Virus record (IMG/VR): IMGVR_UViG_3300031998_000027
Span: 1 to 64,000 of that record
Source: a virus
Lineage: Duplodnaviria; Caudoviricetes
Reading direction: 5' to 3' (one strand)
Length of the DNA stretch: 64,000 nucleotides
Shown: positions 10,318 to 21,396 of the stretch, in pieces
How the letters are laid out: each line of letters opens with the position of its first letter
How positions within the stretch are numbered: position 1 is the stretch's first letter
Translations under genes and position numbers: made by a program
The notes under the pieces: model-generated
The model's input: the letters and a program-made list of their open reading frames with translations, nothing else
What the model was told of the DNA's origin: nothing
Database searches by the model: none

Positions 10318-11349
10318 ATGTCTAATAAAATAATAACCCTCAACGGAAGCCTCCTAGTCTCTAATGGTTCTGCAATTCAAGTTGATGTAGGAAGTGGCGG
10401 TGGCGGTAACTATCAAACCAAAACCGTCAACCCTTCAACCTCTCAACTAGTTGTTGAACCAGATAGTGACTATGACGCCTTAAGTCAAGTTACAATAAAT
10501 GCAATACCAACCGGCGCGGCCGGCACTCCGATTGCGACAAAAGGGACTGTTTCCAATAACTCTGTTTCTGTAACACCAAGTGTTACAAATACAACTGGCT
10601 ATATTACTGGTGGAACAATAACTGGTACACCTGTTATTATAACTTCTCCCGAAATTACAACTTTAAAAATGGGTGCAATAAGACCTGATGCCGAATTAGT
10701 AAAAACTTGGAGTTGGGACGCTTATGCCGTTGATGATTGGGAGTTAACAATTCCTGCATATAGTACCACTGCCCAAACAATTAAGGAATCAGAGTCAGCA
10801 AGTGGAACTTATACATTAGATTATACCAATTATGATTATTTTATTACAGAAAGAATGTTCTCTATTCCAACTTATAGTGTTACATCACATAATAAAGGTA
10901 GAGTAGAGTATTGGATTGGATATTATGCTTATGAAGTAACAGTAATACCTGCCAATTCATTTATAGCATATATAGATGATTCTGTAAAATATACTTCAAG
11001 AAATACTACAGTGAGAGCGGCTGGTGCAGCATATACATCCTTATATTGGTCAAGCGCGACTGCTGTATCTCCATATAGTACAGCTGCATATAGTGTAGCT
11101 CAAGCTGCTGCTACTCCTACTATTTCAAGTGGTGTTTTAACTATGAAAACTCCTACTTGTACGATTCGTGGAAGTACAACTTATTTTACAAGCACATATT
11201 TTAACGCTTTAACTGATATTCGTTATCAATGGATAGCAGAATTATGGAGGGCACCAAAAAATAACTTTAATTTAAATGGTTGGGGAGTAGAACAAACAGT
11301 TAATCATATAATGGATTGCGTCAACTCAACAACTAAGAAATTAACTTAA
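10318..11349 (+). CDS. tail-associated protein
   Basis: T/S-rich; QTKTVNPST..V.PDSDYDALSQV module; context. Confidence 0.6.
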   Translation: MSNKIITLNGSLLVSNGSAIQVDVGSGGGGNYQTKTVNPSTSQLVVEPDSDYDALSQVTINAIPTGAAGTPIATKGTVSNNSVSVTPSVTNTTGYITGGTITGTPVIITSPEITTLKMGAIRPDAELVKTWSWDAYAVDDWELTIPAYSTTAQTIKESESASGTYTLDYTNYDYFITERMFSIPTYSVTSHNKGRVEYWIGYYAYEVTVIPANSFIAYIDDSVKYTSRNTTVRAAGAAYTSLYWSSATAVSPYSTAAYSVAQAAATPTISSGVLTMKTPTCTIRGSTTYFTSTYFNALTDIRYQWIAELWRAPKNNFNLNGWGVEQTVNHIMDCVNSTTKKLT

Positions 11350-11363
11350 AGGAGGTTGAGTAA

Positions 11364-13625
11364 ATGCCACAAGTCATTAATAATTTAGACTTAAAGAAAA
11401 ATGAAATACAAAATGTTGTACTTCAGCCTCTTTCTACTCCGCCAAGTGACCCAAAGCTTGGTCAAAAATACTTTAATACAAATGATAAAAATGAATATAG
11501 ATGGAATGGAACTGCTTGGGTTACATATCAAGCGCCGCTTTCAACAACCACGGCTAGTACAATTTCAATTCCAAATGGAATTGTTAAGGGTGATGGAAGT
11601 ACATTAACTGCGGCCACTGCAGGAACGGATTATCAGGCGCCGCTTCCTTCACAAGCAGGAAATTCTGGAAAATATTTAACGACCAATGGTTCTGTATTAA
11701 GTTGGGCTAGTCCTCCTGGCGCGCCAGTAACTAGCGTCAACACAAAAACAGGAGATGTGGTGCTTAGTGCCTCCGATGTAGGCGCGCAGCCTTCAATTAC
11801 TGCAAGTGGTATTCTTAAAGGTAATGGAAGTGGAACGATTACAGCAGCGACTGCTGGCACAGATTACCAGGCCCCAATCACATTTGATGGTACTTATAAT
11901 GCCTCTACTAATAAGGCGGCAACCGTTAGTACAGTAACTAATGCTATTAATGCATTAGATGGCGGCACTATTGGAACAGGTGGCGCAAGTAAAACTATTA
12001 CTTCTTTAAGTCAAACTAATGGTAATGTAAGTGCTACTTTTGGAGATATTAGTATTACTAAGTCACAAGTTAGTGATTTTCCCACTTCAATGACTCCTAC
12101 TTCGCATGCTTCTTCCAGCAATACTTACGGAGTTGGTACTGATTCTAACTATGGTCACTTAAAACTTTCTGACTCAACCACATCTACAAGTTCAACCTCT
12201 GGTGGTGTTGCCGCGACCCCGGCCGCTGTAAAAGCAGTCAAAGATGCAATTCCTAATGTTCCATCTTGGGCATTAGAATCTACAAAGCCTACATATACAG
12301 CTAGTGAAGTCGGTGCGGTTGCCACAACGGCTGTTGGTGCGGCGAGTGGCGTTGTTCCTCTTAACGCTTCAAGCAAGATAGATTCAACTTATCTTCCAAG
12401 TTACGTTGATGATGTTATTGAAGGATATTATAATTCAACAGATGGAAAGTTCTATGAAGAATCTACTTATACAACTGAGATAACAGGTGAAGCTGGAAAA
12501 ATCTATGTTGATTTAACTTCTAACTTAACCTATCGTTGGAGTGGGACAGAATTTGTAGAAATTTCAAGTGGCGGTTCTGTTGTTAGTTTTAGTAGAGATT
12601 TAACAAGTGGTACTAAAATTGGTACAATTACAATAAATGGTACTGGTATGGATTTATATGCGCCGACTGATACTGATACAAAGGTAACCCACACTAAAGT
12701 TACTCCGTCATCTTACACCTATTGGCGCACATTCCCATTTGGACAGCTATCTGCATCAACCGCAACAACTGCTTTTGCTACTACAGCAACAACTGGCATA
12801 GAATATAGTGTTGATAATATTAGATTCCAACCATCGGAAGGTATTTTAAGAATCATTAAGATGGCTTCTGGTGAGACTGCTGCGACAGGAAAAGCAGGCA
12901 CAGTAGATACTGTAAGAGGTACCTTTAAAGGACATAACTATACAGTTACAGCTACAAATTCAGATACCACAAACTATATGTCATCTGACTCTTCCAATAA
13001 TATTTGGTTCATGGTTAATAATGGTGCTGATTGTGTCCTTTGCCTTTATTCTAATGGCACCACCAAAACAGTTAGGTCAGGTGGTTCTGCGGCAGGTACT
13101 GTTGATTTAGGTACTAGCAGTAACAATTGGAAAGATATTTATTTATGTGGAACAATCTATAATAGTCCTTCTTCAACAACTGTTGCAAGCGGAGATAAAA
13201 TTCTTGTCAATGATACAAGCGCAGGAACAATTTCTAGTGGCATAACTTTAGGAAGTTCGACTACTCAATATTTAGCTAATGATGGTAGTTGGCAAAATAT
13301 CCCAACCGTTCCTACAAATTGTGAAGTAACTGTTACTCATATAGTAGGTACTTGGAATGTTGATACAACTTATGCTACTATGGTTGCTGCTCATAATGCA
13401 GGTGGAATTGTTTACTTTACATATGGCTCATATACCGCAATAGCATCATTTCATACAAGTAACACAGTAACAGCAAATATAATGTATATGGATAGTGAAG
13501 GAATTCATCAGATACAAATTGCAGTTAACTCTTCTGATGAAGTAAACTGTACAGAAACAGATTGTCCAATTTATAATGGTGAAGTTGTTGGTGACGCCAT
13601 AGTTGGCCAATCAGCTGTGACTTAA
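11364..13625 (+). CDS. tail fibre protein (753 aa)
   Basis: N-terminus paralogous to 5910; VTSVNTKTGDVVL, YLPSYVDDVIE and fibre-repeat motifs. Confidence 0.75.
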   Translation: MPQVINNLDLKKNEIQNVVLQPLSTPPSDPKLGQKYFNTNDKNEYRWNGTAWVTYQAPLSTTTASTISIPNGIVKGDGSTLTAATAGTDYQAPLPSQAGNSGKYLTTNGSVLSWASPPGAPVTSVNTKTGDVVLSASDVGAQPSITASGILKGNGSGTITAATAGTDYQAPITFDGTYNASTNKAATVSTVTNAINALDGGTIGTGGASKTITSLSQTNGNVSATFGDISITKSQVSDFPTSMTPTSHASSSNTYGVGTDSNYGHLKLSDSTTSTSSTSGGVAATPAAVKAVKDAIPNVPSWALESTKPTYTASEVGAVATTAVGAASGVVPLNASSKIDSTYLPSYVDDVIEGYYNSTDGKFYEESTYTTEITGEAGKIYVDLTSNLTYRWSGTEFVEISSGGSVVSFSRDLTSGTKIGTITINGTGMDLYAPTDTDTKVTHTKVTPSSYTYWRTFPFGQLSASTATTAFATTATTGIEYSVDNIRFQPSEGILRIIKMASGETAATGKAGTVDTVRGTFKGHNYTVTATNSDTTNYMSSDSSNNIWFMVNNGADCVLCLYSNGTTKTVRSGGSAAGTVDLGTSSNNWKDIYLCGTIYNSPSSTTVASGDKILVNDTSAGTISSGITLGSSTTQYLANDGSWQNIPTVPTNCEVTVTHIVGTWNVDTTYATMVAAHNAGGIVYFTYGSYTAIASFHTSNTVTANIMYMDSEGIHQIQIAVNSSDEVNCTETDCPIYNGEVVGDAIVGQSAVT

Positions 13626-13640
13626 TGGGGGTAGGTAAAA

Positions 13641-14336
13641 ATGCCAAATGATATTACAGTAACAAAAAATACTACCTCTGGTTCTGAAAGATGGGATATT
13701 CAATATACAGCAGACCAAGCAGGTACAATAGATAAAACACTATTAACCGCTGGTAAATTAATGGATAGAAACGAAAAAGTTTCTATTACAATCCCACAAC
13801 AAAATTTACCAACAACTACTTCTACTACTTCAAGTGGTACAAACAAGGCAACAATAGGTAGAAGTACATCTACAAGATATATAAATATTCCTACTGGATT
13901 TAATGATAGTGCTGCTTATTATACCATAAGTGCGGTTGCGAATGGCTCTGCAACAACTCCTGATACAACTATTTATTCAATCCCAACTATTTCCATTGAC
14001 AGTTCAACTGGTGGAATTACTGCTGTAAATAATGAAACACAATCAGTTACGCCCACGGTAGTTGCTGGATATGTAAGTAGTGGAACAGCAGGAACAATAA
14101 CAGTCAGCGGTGGAGCATCAACTACACTTTCTACAGTTAATGGAGCAACAATAACTCCAACTACTTCAAATCAAACCGCCGTTGCCGCAGGAAAATATAC
14201 ACTTGGAGCAATAACTGTTGCAGGAGATGCAAATTTAATTGCAGGAAACATCAAGAAAGATGTTCCTATTTTTGGTGTCACGGGTACTTATGAAGGTGCG
14301 GCGGAGTTACCCCTAGCAAATGAGGAGGGTTTCTAA
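13641..14336 (+). CDS. tail-associated protein
   Basis: T-rich; C-terminal GD.NLIA.NIKKDV.IFGVTGTYEG module. Confidence 0.6.
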   Translation: MPNDITVTKNTTSGSERWDIQYTADQAGTIDKTLLTAGKLMDRNEKVSITIPQQNLPTTTSTTSSGTNKATIGRSTSTRYINIPTGFNDSAAYYTISAVANGSATTPDTTIYSIPTISIDSSTGGITAVNNETQSVTPTVVAGYVSSGTAGTITVSGGASTTLSTVNGATITPTTSNQTAVAAGKYTLGAITVAGDANLIAGNIKKDVPIFGVTGTYEGAAELPLANEEGF

Positions 14337-16196
14337 ATGAGCTATGTGAGATTTTATAGTAGTTCAAGTTTCACATTAGGAACAAATGGAAATGCGAAAA
14401 AATGGAATGGTACTGATAGTAATGCTATGGAATACTCTCTTAATGCATCAACTTGGACTGCTTGGGCAGGTACTTCAGCTATAACTGCATCACTAGATTC
14501 TGTAACCAATACATATAATATTTATTTACGAGGAACAGGAAATACTAAATTAACCACAGCAACATCAGATTCGACAGAAGTATTAACTTATGTGTTTACT
14601 GGAGATGGATTAATTGATTGTGAGGGGACAATTGAGGCTTTGTTTGATTATACCACAGTTGATAATAATCAACATCCTACTATGGCTAATTATGCTTGTG
14701 TATCTATTTTTTATAATCAAACAATGCTCAGAACGCCTCCTGAACTAAGTTCTCCTAATTTATCTAATGGATGTTATGCTAGAATGTTTATGGGATGTAC
14801 GGCATTGGCTCAAGCCCCAGCACTGCCCGCAACTACATTGGCTACTTTTTGTTACTCTAATATGTTTAAAAATTGTTCATCGTTAGTTAACGCATCAATT
14901 TTACCCGCAACAACAATGGTAGCCAGTTGTTATAGAGGAATGTTCTCTAATTGTACATCTTTAGTTAGTCCCCCAATATTACCTGCGACTACATTGCAGC
15001 CCTATTGTTATTATTATATGTTTGAAAATTGTACTTCATTACTTATAGCACCAGACCTTCCGGCATTAACATTATATTCATATTGTTATCAAAATATGTT
15101 TTCTGGATGTTCTGCTTTAACTATTCCTCCTGCTCTTCCCGCAACAACCCTAGCAGCTATGTGTTATAACAGTATGTTTTATGATTCAGGTATAAAATTA
15201 AGTACTACACAACATGATGATTATACTCTAGCTTACAGAATTCCATCTGAAGGAACAGGCACCACAGCTAGTAATGCTCTTACTAATATGTTTTATGATA
15301 GTGGTGTAGACACTCCAGTAATCAATACAACTTATTATGTTAAAGACACTAAATATGCCACATACAAAAGCGAGTTAACTTCAATTGCAAATGCAATCAG
15401 GATAAAAGGTGGAACATCTAGTATATTAGATTACCCAGAAGACTTTATTACTGTGATAAATAACATACCATCAGAAGCAACACTTCAAGCCAAAACTAAT
15501 ATAATCCCAACTACATCTTCTCAAACAATTACTCCTGATAGTGGATATGACGGTTTAAGTTCAGTTCAGATAAATGGTGATACTGATTTAATAGCAAGTA
15601 ATATTAAAAAAGATGTTACAATTTTTGGTGTTACAGGTACTTATGAAGGTGGAGGAATGACTATAGTCACTACTCAAGATAGTCATGGCGGTGATATTCT
15701 TACTATCACTGGTGAACTGTCTTCTAGCTATAGTCTTATTACTTCTCAAGAATATGCAATTTCTAATTTTACAACTACTTCTGCTACATCTCATGCAACA
15801 ATTAATCTTGGTTCTTCCTATTATACCTCTAATAAAATAATTTATGTAAAAGTTAGAGATAAAGCGGGTCCACGAAATGGGTATTTTGTTGGTTGTGATG
15901 CTTATTACTTTAACTATTATGCAGCAAATAATTCCACAACTACATTAGCTGTTCGTCCAATAGTTATTCATAGATGTTCTTCTTCAGGGGCATTTACTTC
16001 ATATGCAACTGGTTCAAATACGGGTTATGGTGTTTACCCAAACTCAATTACAAGTGCTGGTGCATTAGGAATTTATAAAAGATATAGTTCAACTTATTCA
16101 CTTACAATAGATGGTACTTATGTTGTTGAAGTTTATGCATTAGATTTTGCTCCAACGGCTGGTAACCCATTCAGTTATAGTTATCCTACTTCGTGA
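14337..16196 (+). CDS. tail-associated protein with BspA-like leucine-rich repeats
   Basis: About six 26-aa repeats CY..MF..C.SL...P.LPATTL. Confidence 0.7.
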   Translation: MSYVRFYSSSSFTLGTNGNAKKWNGTDSNAMEYSLNASTWTAWAGTSAITASLDSVTNTYNIYLRGTGNTKLTTATSDSTEVLTYVFTGDGLIDCEGTIEALFDYTTVDNNQHPTMANYACVSIFYNQTMLRTPPELSSPNLSNGCYARMFMGCTALAQAPALPATTLATFCYSNMFKNCSSLVNASILPATTMVASCYRGMFSNCTSLVSPPILPATTLQPYCYYYMFENCTSLLIAPDLPALTLYSYCYQNMFSGCSALTIPPALPATTLAAMCYNSMFYDSGIKLSTTQHDDYTLAYRIPSEGTGTTASNALTNMFYDSGVDTPVINTTYYVKDTKYATYKSELTSIANAIRIKGGTSSILDYPEDFITVINNIPSEATLQAKTNIIPTTSSQTITPDSGYDGLSSVQINGDTDLIASNIKKDVTIFGVTGTYEGGGMTIVTTQDSHGGDILTITGELSSSYSLITSQEYAISNFTTTSATSHATINLGSSYYTSNKIIYVKVRDKAGPRNGYFVGCDAYYFNYYAANNSTTTLAVRPIVIHRCSSSGAFTSYATGSNTGYGVYPNSITSAGALGIYKRYSSTYSLTIDGTYVVEVYALDFAPTAGNPFSYSYPTS

Positions 16197-16206
16197 GGTG
16201 ATATAA

Positions 16207-16680
16207 ATGGCAGTAAGTAAAATTATTATAAATGGTGTAACTATTATAGATGTTACTAATGATACTGTTGATGCAACTAACTTATTAAGTGGATATACCG
16301 CATTAAAAAATGATGGAACTAGTATTACTGGGACAGCAAGTGGTGGACCAACAGTTTTAGTTGCTAGTGCCACTTTAAGTGCTGAAAGTGACACTATAAC
16401 TTTTTCAAACTTTAATTCATTACCATCATTTTGCATATTGATTAATTCAACTGCTAATACTTATAGTGGTTTAGGTCAAACGCTTTGCTTGAGCTACATG
16501 TCCCCAAATGTATCACCTAATCCCGCATCTAATTGGCACATTGATAGCGAAAATAAGGGTAAATTAAAATATGAGACAAATAGCTCTGTATCCATTGATT
16601 CATGGGGAAATCAATTAGTAATACAATCTCAATCTAGAAGGTTTCAGCCTGGAACCTTTATTCTATATTATATATTATAG
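16207..16680 (+). CDS. small tail-associated protein (paralog of 16693)
   Basis: MAVSKIIINGVTIIDVT.DTVD.TNLLSGYTA.KNDGT.ITG N-terminus. Confidence 0.7.
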   Translation: MAVSKIIINGVTIIDVTNDTVDATNLLSGYTALKNDGTSITGTASGGPTVLVASATLSAESDTITFSNFNSLPSFCILINSTANTYSGLGQTLCLSYMSPNVSPNPASNWHIDSENKGKLKYETNSSVSIDSWGNQLVIQSQSRRFQPGTFILYYIL

Positions 16681-16692
16681 GAGATTTGTAAT

Positions 16693-17151
16693 ATGGCTGT
16701 AAGTAAAGTAATTCTAAATAATGTAACACAAATTGATGTGACCGATAAAACAGTGGATGTGACTAATTTATTAAGTGGATATACGGCAACAAAAAACGAT
16801 GGTACTCAAATAACAGGTCAAGTTTCTCCATCAAGTTTAAGTATGGACACAACTACATTATCAACGGCAGGATATTCTTTAACTTTCTCTGGAGCTACAT
16901 ATACAGCTGTTCCGTCTTTTATAATAATTATACTTTGTACAAATGCTTCTAGAGGAGTATATCTTTATTATTATTCGGCTAATAGTACTTCGCCTTCACC
17001 TAGTGGTTGTTATTATGCAGAAACATTATCATCTGGATTTAGTTTAAATACATCTGCGCCAATTCCTACAGTTACTTCTCATAATGATTTAGATATTACT
17101 CTATCTAGTGCTTTCCCGCTGGGTACTTATATTATGTATTACATAATGTAA
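16693..17151 (+). CDS. small tail-associated protein (paralog of 16207)
   Basis: Same N-terminal ~43 aa, divergent C-terminus. Confidence 0.7.
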   Translation: MAVSKVILNNVTQIDVTDKTVDVTNLLSGYTATKNDGTQITGQVSPSSLSMDTTTLSTAGYSLTFSGATYTAVPSFIIIILCTNASRGVYLYYYSANSTSPSPSGCYYAETLSSGFSLNTSAPIPTVTSHNDLDITLSSAFPLGTYIMYYIM

Positions 17152-17198
17152 ATATAAATTATTGGAATTTATAAATTCCTTAAAAGGAGGCTCAAAAA

Positions 17199-17276
17199 AT
17201 GGGACCAGAAAAACCAATAAATCTTCCACCCTCAATGGAAGAAGAACTCTCAAACAATAAAGGAGATGATGAATAA
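17199..17276 (+). CDS. 25-aa acidic micro-ORF coupled to the endolysin
   Basis: AAAAGGAGG SD; MGPEKPINLPPSMEEELSNNKGDDE; TAATG overlap with the endolysin start. Confidence 0.5.
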   Translation: MGPEKPINLPPSMEEELSNNKGDDE

Positions 17277-18046
17277 TGGCTTATTCAAATAGCCCACTTG
17301 TCTCCTTCATACAACTTTCTCCAAATAATGGCGGCCTCCGCACTCATAAAATCGATACAATTTCAATCCACTGTATGGCTGGAAATGGTGCCATCGAAAC
17401 CCTTGGCACCCTTTTCTCCCAGCCAAGCCGCAAGGCTAGCTCTAATTATGGAATTGGTAGTGACGGCCGCATTGGAATGTATGTGGAGGAAAAAAATCGT
17501 TCATGGTGTACGTCTTCAACTGCAAATGATGACCGCGCAATTACAATTGAAGTCGCAAATATTGAGTCTCAAGAACCATTCCGTATATCAGCGGCCGCAA
17601 ACGAAGCCCTAATAAAGCTTCTTGTAGACATCTGTAAGCGCAATGGTATTGAAAGACTTCTTTGGCAAGCTGACCCATCTCTTATTGGTCAAGTCGACAA
17701 ACAAAATATGACTGTCCATCGTTGGTTTGCTAATAAATCTTGCCCAGGTCAATGGCTTTATAATCATCATGGACAAATTGCCGCAGATGTAAATAAAATA
17801 CTTGAATCAGAGGAGGATGAAGAGATGACTCAAGAGAAATTTAATGAAATGATGGAAGAATATAGGAAGAGTCTTCAGAATAATGAAGCTGGTTCATGGA
17901 GTAGAGAGGCGCGCGATTGGGCCACTTCCATCGGTCTGATAAAAGGTGGCGACCCACTTCCTAATGGTCAACCCAATTATATGTGGAGAGACCTTTTAAC
18001 TAGGGAACAGATGGCTACTCTTCTCTATCGTTTTAAGGATATGTAA
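17276..18046 (+). CDS. endolysin, N-acetylmuramoyl-L-alanine amidase (Amidase_2) with SLH-like C-terminus
   Basis: ISIHCMAG, ASSNYGIG, AITIEVAN, HRWFANKSCPG; W..A..W....GLIKG...TREQMATLLYR. Confidence 0.88.
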   Translation: MAYSNSPLVSFIQLSPNNGGLRTHKIDTISIHCMAGNGAIETLGTLFSQPSRKASSNYGIGSDGRIGMYVEEKNRSWCTSSTANDDRAITIEVANIESQEPFRISAAANEALIKLLVDICKRNGIERLLWQADPSLIGQVDKQNMTVHRWFANKSCPGQWLYNHHGQIAADVNKILESEEDEEMTQEKFNEMMEEYRKSLQNNEAGSWSREARDWATSIGLIKGGDPLPNGQPNYMWRDLLTREQMATLLYRFKDM

Positions 18047-18048
18047 CT

Positions 18049-18390
18049 ATGGCAAAGAAAAAGAAAAAGAAATCCCATCCTTTTCTCAAACACCTTGAGA
18101 AAATTGGATTTAGTAATAGATTAGCCGTTTATGTGTTGTTCTTTCTCTTAATTGGCTTAATCGGTGGCTTTGCGCTAGCAATATATAGCATAAGAGCTGA
18201 TTACCTTGGCGCGCTAGCTTGTTGGACAGTTGTATTTACTCCAATTGGAACTGCAACTTCAATTGTTCTAAGCCGCATTGTTGATAAGAGTAAAGCAGAA
18301 AATACAGTCGGTGGCATTAAATATGACCTCGCGCTCTCTGAACAAGAACAAAAAGAAGAAGAACCCTCAATAGAGAGTCCTGTTATTTAA
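18049..18390 (+). CDS. membrane protein, putative holin/lysis accessory
   Basis: Two hydrophobic segments; directly after the endolysin. Confidence 0.55.
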   Translation: MAKKKKKKSHPFLKHLEKIGFSNRLAVYVLFFLLIGLIGGFALAIYSIRADYLGALACWTVVFTPIGTATSIVLSRIVDKSKAENTVGGIKYDLALSEQEQKEEEPSIESPVI

Positions 18391-18402
18391 GGAGGCTTTG
18401 TA

Positions 18403-18804
18403 ATGGATACATTCTTACAAATTTTAATTCAATATGCAGCAGAAATTGTCGCTTTTATTTTAATTAGCGTAATCGGTATTCTTGGTAGTTATATTCTGAA
18501 GAAGATTAATGAGAAACACAATCTTCAAAATATTGGGATAGCTACCGAACAAGTTATAGCTGCGGCGCAAGAAACAGTCCGGCGCCTTCAACAAACAGTT
18601 GTTGAAGCTTGGAAGGCGGCCGCTCCTGATGGAAAGCTGACTCCTGAGCAGATTGAAAGTTTAAAAGAACAAGTTCAAGATATAACGCTTGACCAGCTTG
18701 GTCAACCGATACTGAACTTATTGGCTGGCGCCAAAGTTGATGTACTTGCAATGATTACTAATGCGGCGGAGGCTTATATAAATCAGTTAAAGACAGAGGG
18801 ATGA
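18403..18804 (+). CDS. putative holin
   Basis: N-terminal TM helix then helical soluble domain; lysis context. Confidence 0.6.
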   Translation: MDTFLQILIQYAAEIVAFILISVIGILGSYILKKINEKHNLQNIGIATEQVIAAAQETVRRLQQTVVEAWKAAAPDGKLTPEQIESLKEQVQDITLDQLGQPILNLLAGAKVDVLAMITNAAEAYINQLKTEG

Positions 18805-18815
18805 GGACATTTTAA

Positions 18816-18851
18816 GGAAGGAGAGAGGTTAATTCCTCTCTCTTTTCTTTT
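18816..18851 (+). terminator. intrinsic terminator ending the late operon
   Basis: GAGAGAGG/CCTCTCTC stem plus T-run. Confidence 0.65.
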
Positions 18852-18856
18852 ATAAT

Positions 18857-18886
18857 TTGATTTTTTTTGAAAATTCAGGTATAATA
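18857..18886 (+). promoter_or_regulatory. sigma-A-type promoter
   Basis: TTGATT...TATAAT followed by AAGGAG SD of 18919. Confidence 0.6.
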
Positions 18887-18918
18887 ATTATAGAAAAAGA
18901 TAAAAGGAGAAAAATATT

Positions 18919-21277
18919 ATGTATCCTACAATTGCAAGAGTTCGTTTTTGGGACCACTGGGAAGATAATACGAAAGAAGAGAACTATTTCTTCTATGCAA
19001 AGAGTATGTCAGATGCAATGGAAACTCTCACTAATTGGTTTGGTGACGATATGGATAAGGTTACACTTGAGCAATTTGATGTGAATCTTATTCCTGTTAG
19101 CGACGAATTTTGTGAGAGGGTTAGACAGGAGAATTGGTAATGAATAGAGAACCAAAATATTCACAAATAGTTTTTAATAAGGAGAAATTTGCTAATGAGG
19201 TAGATATGTTTACTGAAATTAGCATACAATTATGTATTCTTCTTAAACAAGGATACGCCGCTGTTGTCCGTTATGATGAACCTGGCCTCGGAATTGTTGT
19301 AATTGAGTTTGAACATGATGAAAACCTTGAATACTGGGGGTGTTCAACTCCAATGTGGGTTACAGCAGAAGAAGCGGAAGAAGTTTTGGATAGGAGATAT
19401 AAAATCGAAAGCGAAGAATAAGAAATGACGCGATGGTCGTTGTTGTAATTACGAACACAACCGGCGCGCAGTAAACGTATTACGAAAAAGTCTAATTAGC
19501 AGTAGAAAGCTTAAAATAAAGGGGTTTATTATGGGATATTATACTTACTATTCTCTTTCAGTTGAAAATGAAGTGCCGCATGAGGAAGTTGTAAAAGCAG
19601 CAAGAGCTCTTGCGGAAATTACTGGTTTTATTGAGCCAGAAAAAGTTAGCGATGCTTGGAATCCTTTTGACTTTATTTCTTACGATTCAATGAAGTGGTA
19701 TGACTGGGAAACAGATATGAATAAGCTCGCGCGTCTTTTTCCAGATATAGTTTTTTGTCTTTGGGGAGAGGGAGAAGAGCGTGATGATAATTGGCGCTTT
19801 TATATAAAAGGTGATAAAGCTGTTCTACAACATGGTGTAATAGTTTTTGACCCCAGACCTGAATGGAGTTATTAAGAATGTCAAAGAATTTTTACGATGA
19901 TTGGGATGCGCCCACTTGTAATCATTGCGGCAAAGAGATAAGTGACCGCGAAGATAGTTTGAATAAGGGGCTTTGTTCTGAGTGCGCCCGCAAGATGCAG
20001 CAGAAGAAAGACCGTCGTTATACGCAGAAAAGAAATTATAAAAATATGGAATGTGAGGATTTTTAATATGGGAATTAATTATTTTGACCTTATAAATAAA
20101 GATGTTTGGGACAGTTGGATTGAGCCTTCTCGAACTCGTCCTATAATAGAAATTGAAACGACTATTACTCCACGATTTAAGCCAAATCTTTTCCCTGAGC
20201 TTAAAAAGATTTATTTCAATAAGGAAAAGGGAGCAACTTGTGCGATATGGAGTGATGGTTCTAAGACTGTAATTCGACTACAGCCTGGTGATACTTGGGA
20301 TGAGGAAAAGGCAATCGCAATATGTTATATGAAGCGCGCACTTGGAAACAGCGGCCGCTTTAATGATACGCTTAAGAAGTTTTGTAATATAGACTAATTA
20401 AAAGAAAAGCAAATTAGTAAATCTAATTTGCTTTTTTTTCTTTTTTGTGATATAATATATATAGAAAGAAATAAAAAGGAGAGAAAAAAATGGACGAACA
20501 GGAAGCTTTTGAAATAGTATTTAATAAGTTAAAGGAATGTCCTTTATTTTGTGGAAAATATGATGCGGCTCATGGCGATGACCACTTTATGTATGGAGTC
20601 GGAACTGTAATGGAATATATTTCATACTATATTAGTGATGAAGTCGGAATGGTTTTTGAGGGTGAATTTGCTAATAATATAGTTGAAAGCAAGGAGAAAG
20701 CTAAAAATGGAATTTGAAAATGAACTTGATAAGCTGCGCGCCATGTTGGATGAAGCAGGAATTCCCTACGAGAACTACAAAAGAGAATGGCCTGAGGAAG
20801 CGCGCACTGTACCTGAACTTTTTAGCGGGAATGAAAGGTTTGTGCAGAATCAGATAGTCTATGGGCGTATTGATGAGGTAACTTGGAAGTTAGATGGAAT
20901 GTGCCAGTCTGGTTCTTATGGCGCAAAATATGGACTAATTGAAACGAGTGGACTTCTAGGAACTGATGCGGAAGGTGACCCGCTTGTCCTGCGCGCCGAT
21001 GATGTCTTTCAAATAATTAAAGAGGATTGGGAAAAGACGAATGCTTAGAAGAGATTTACTTGAAAACTTACCCAATGTTCCAAAACGAGGATTACTTCGG
21101 CGCCTTATTCTTCAAGCACCCGAGAATAACTTTAAAGATTGGTTAACTGATGCAATTTTAAGGGAAGATATTGTAGTGCCGATTGAATTTTGGGATATGA
21201 TTGAAAGCTTTGATAGTGATATTGAGAAAAATATCGTTTTTACTAAGGCTTGGGAGGCACTTGGTAAGGGAAGATGA
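18919..21277 (+). other. cluster of small hypothetical CDSs (18919-19140, ~19140-19421, 19531-19875, ~19878-20066, ~20068-20397, 20490-20717, ~20707-21048, 21041-21277)
   Basis: Tightly packed ORFs with SD sites and overlapping start/stops; no recognisable motifs. Confidence 0.65.
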
Positions 21278-21396
21278 AGAAAAGAGTTTTTGATTTGATT
21301 GGCACTATTATTGGTGTTTTGATTTTAGATTGTATATTTGTGCTTGGTGTAGTTTTTCTTTATAGATTGATTGAACTTATAAGGGGAATTGTGTAA

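Noticed and set aside
4136-17151. Diversity-generating retroelement or invertible fibre shufflon
   Set aside because: No reverse transcriptase, invertase, adenine-only mismatched repeat pair or inverted fibre segments seen
20405-20440. AAATTAG..CTAATTT hairpin resembling the array palindrome
   Set aside because: Lacks the ATGT/ACAT core; reads as a terminator with a T-run
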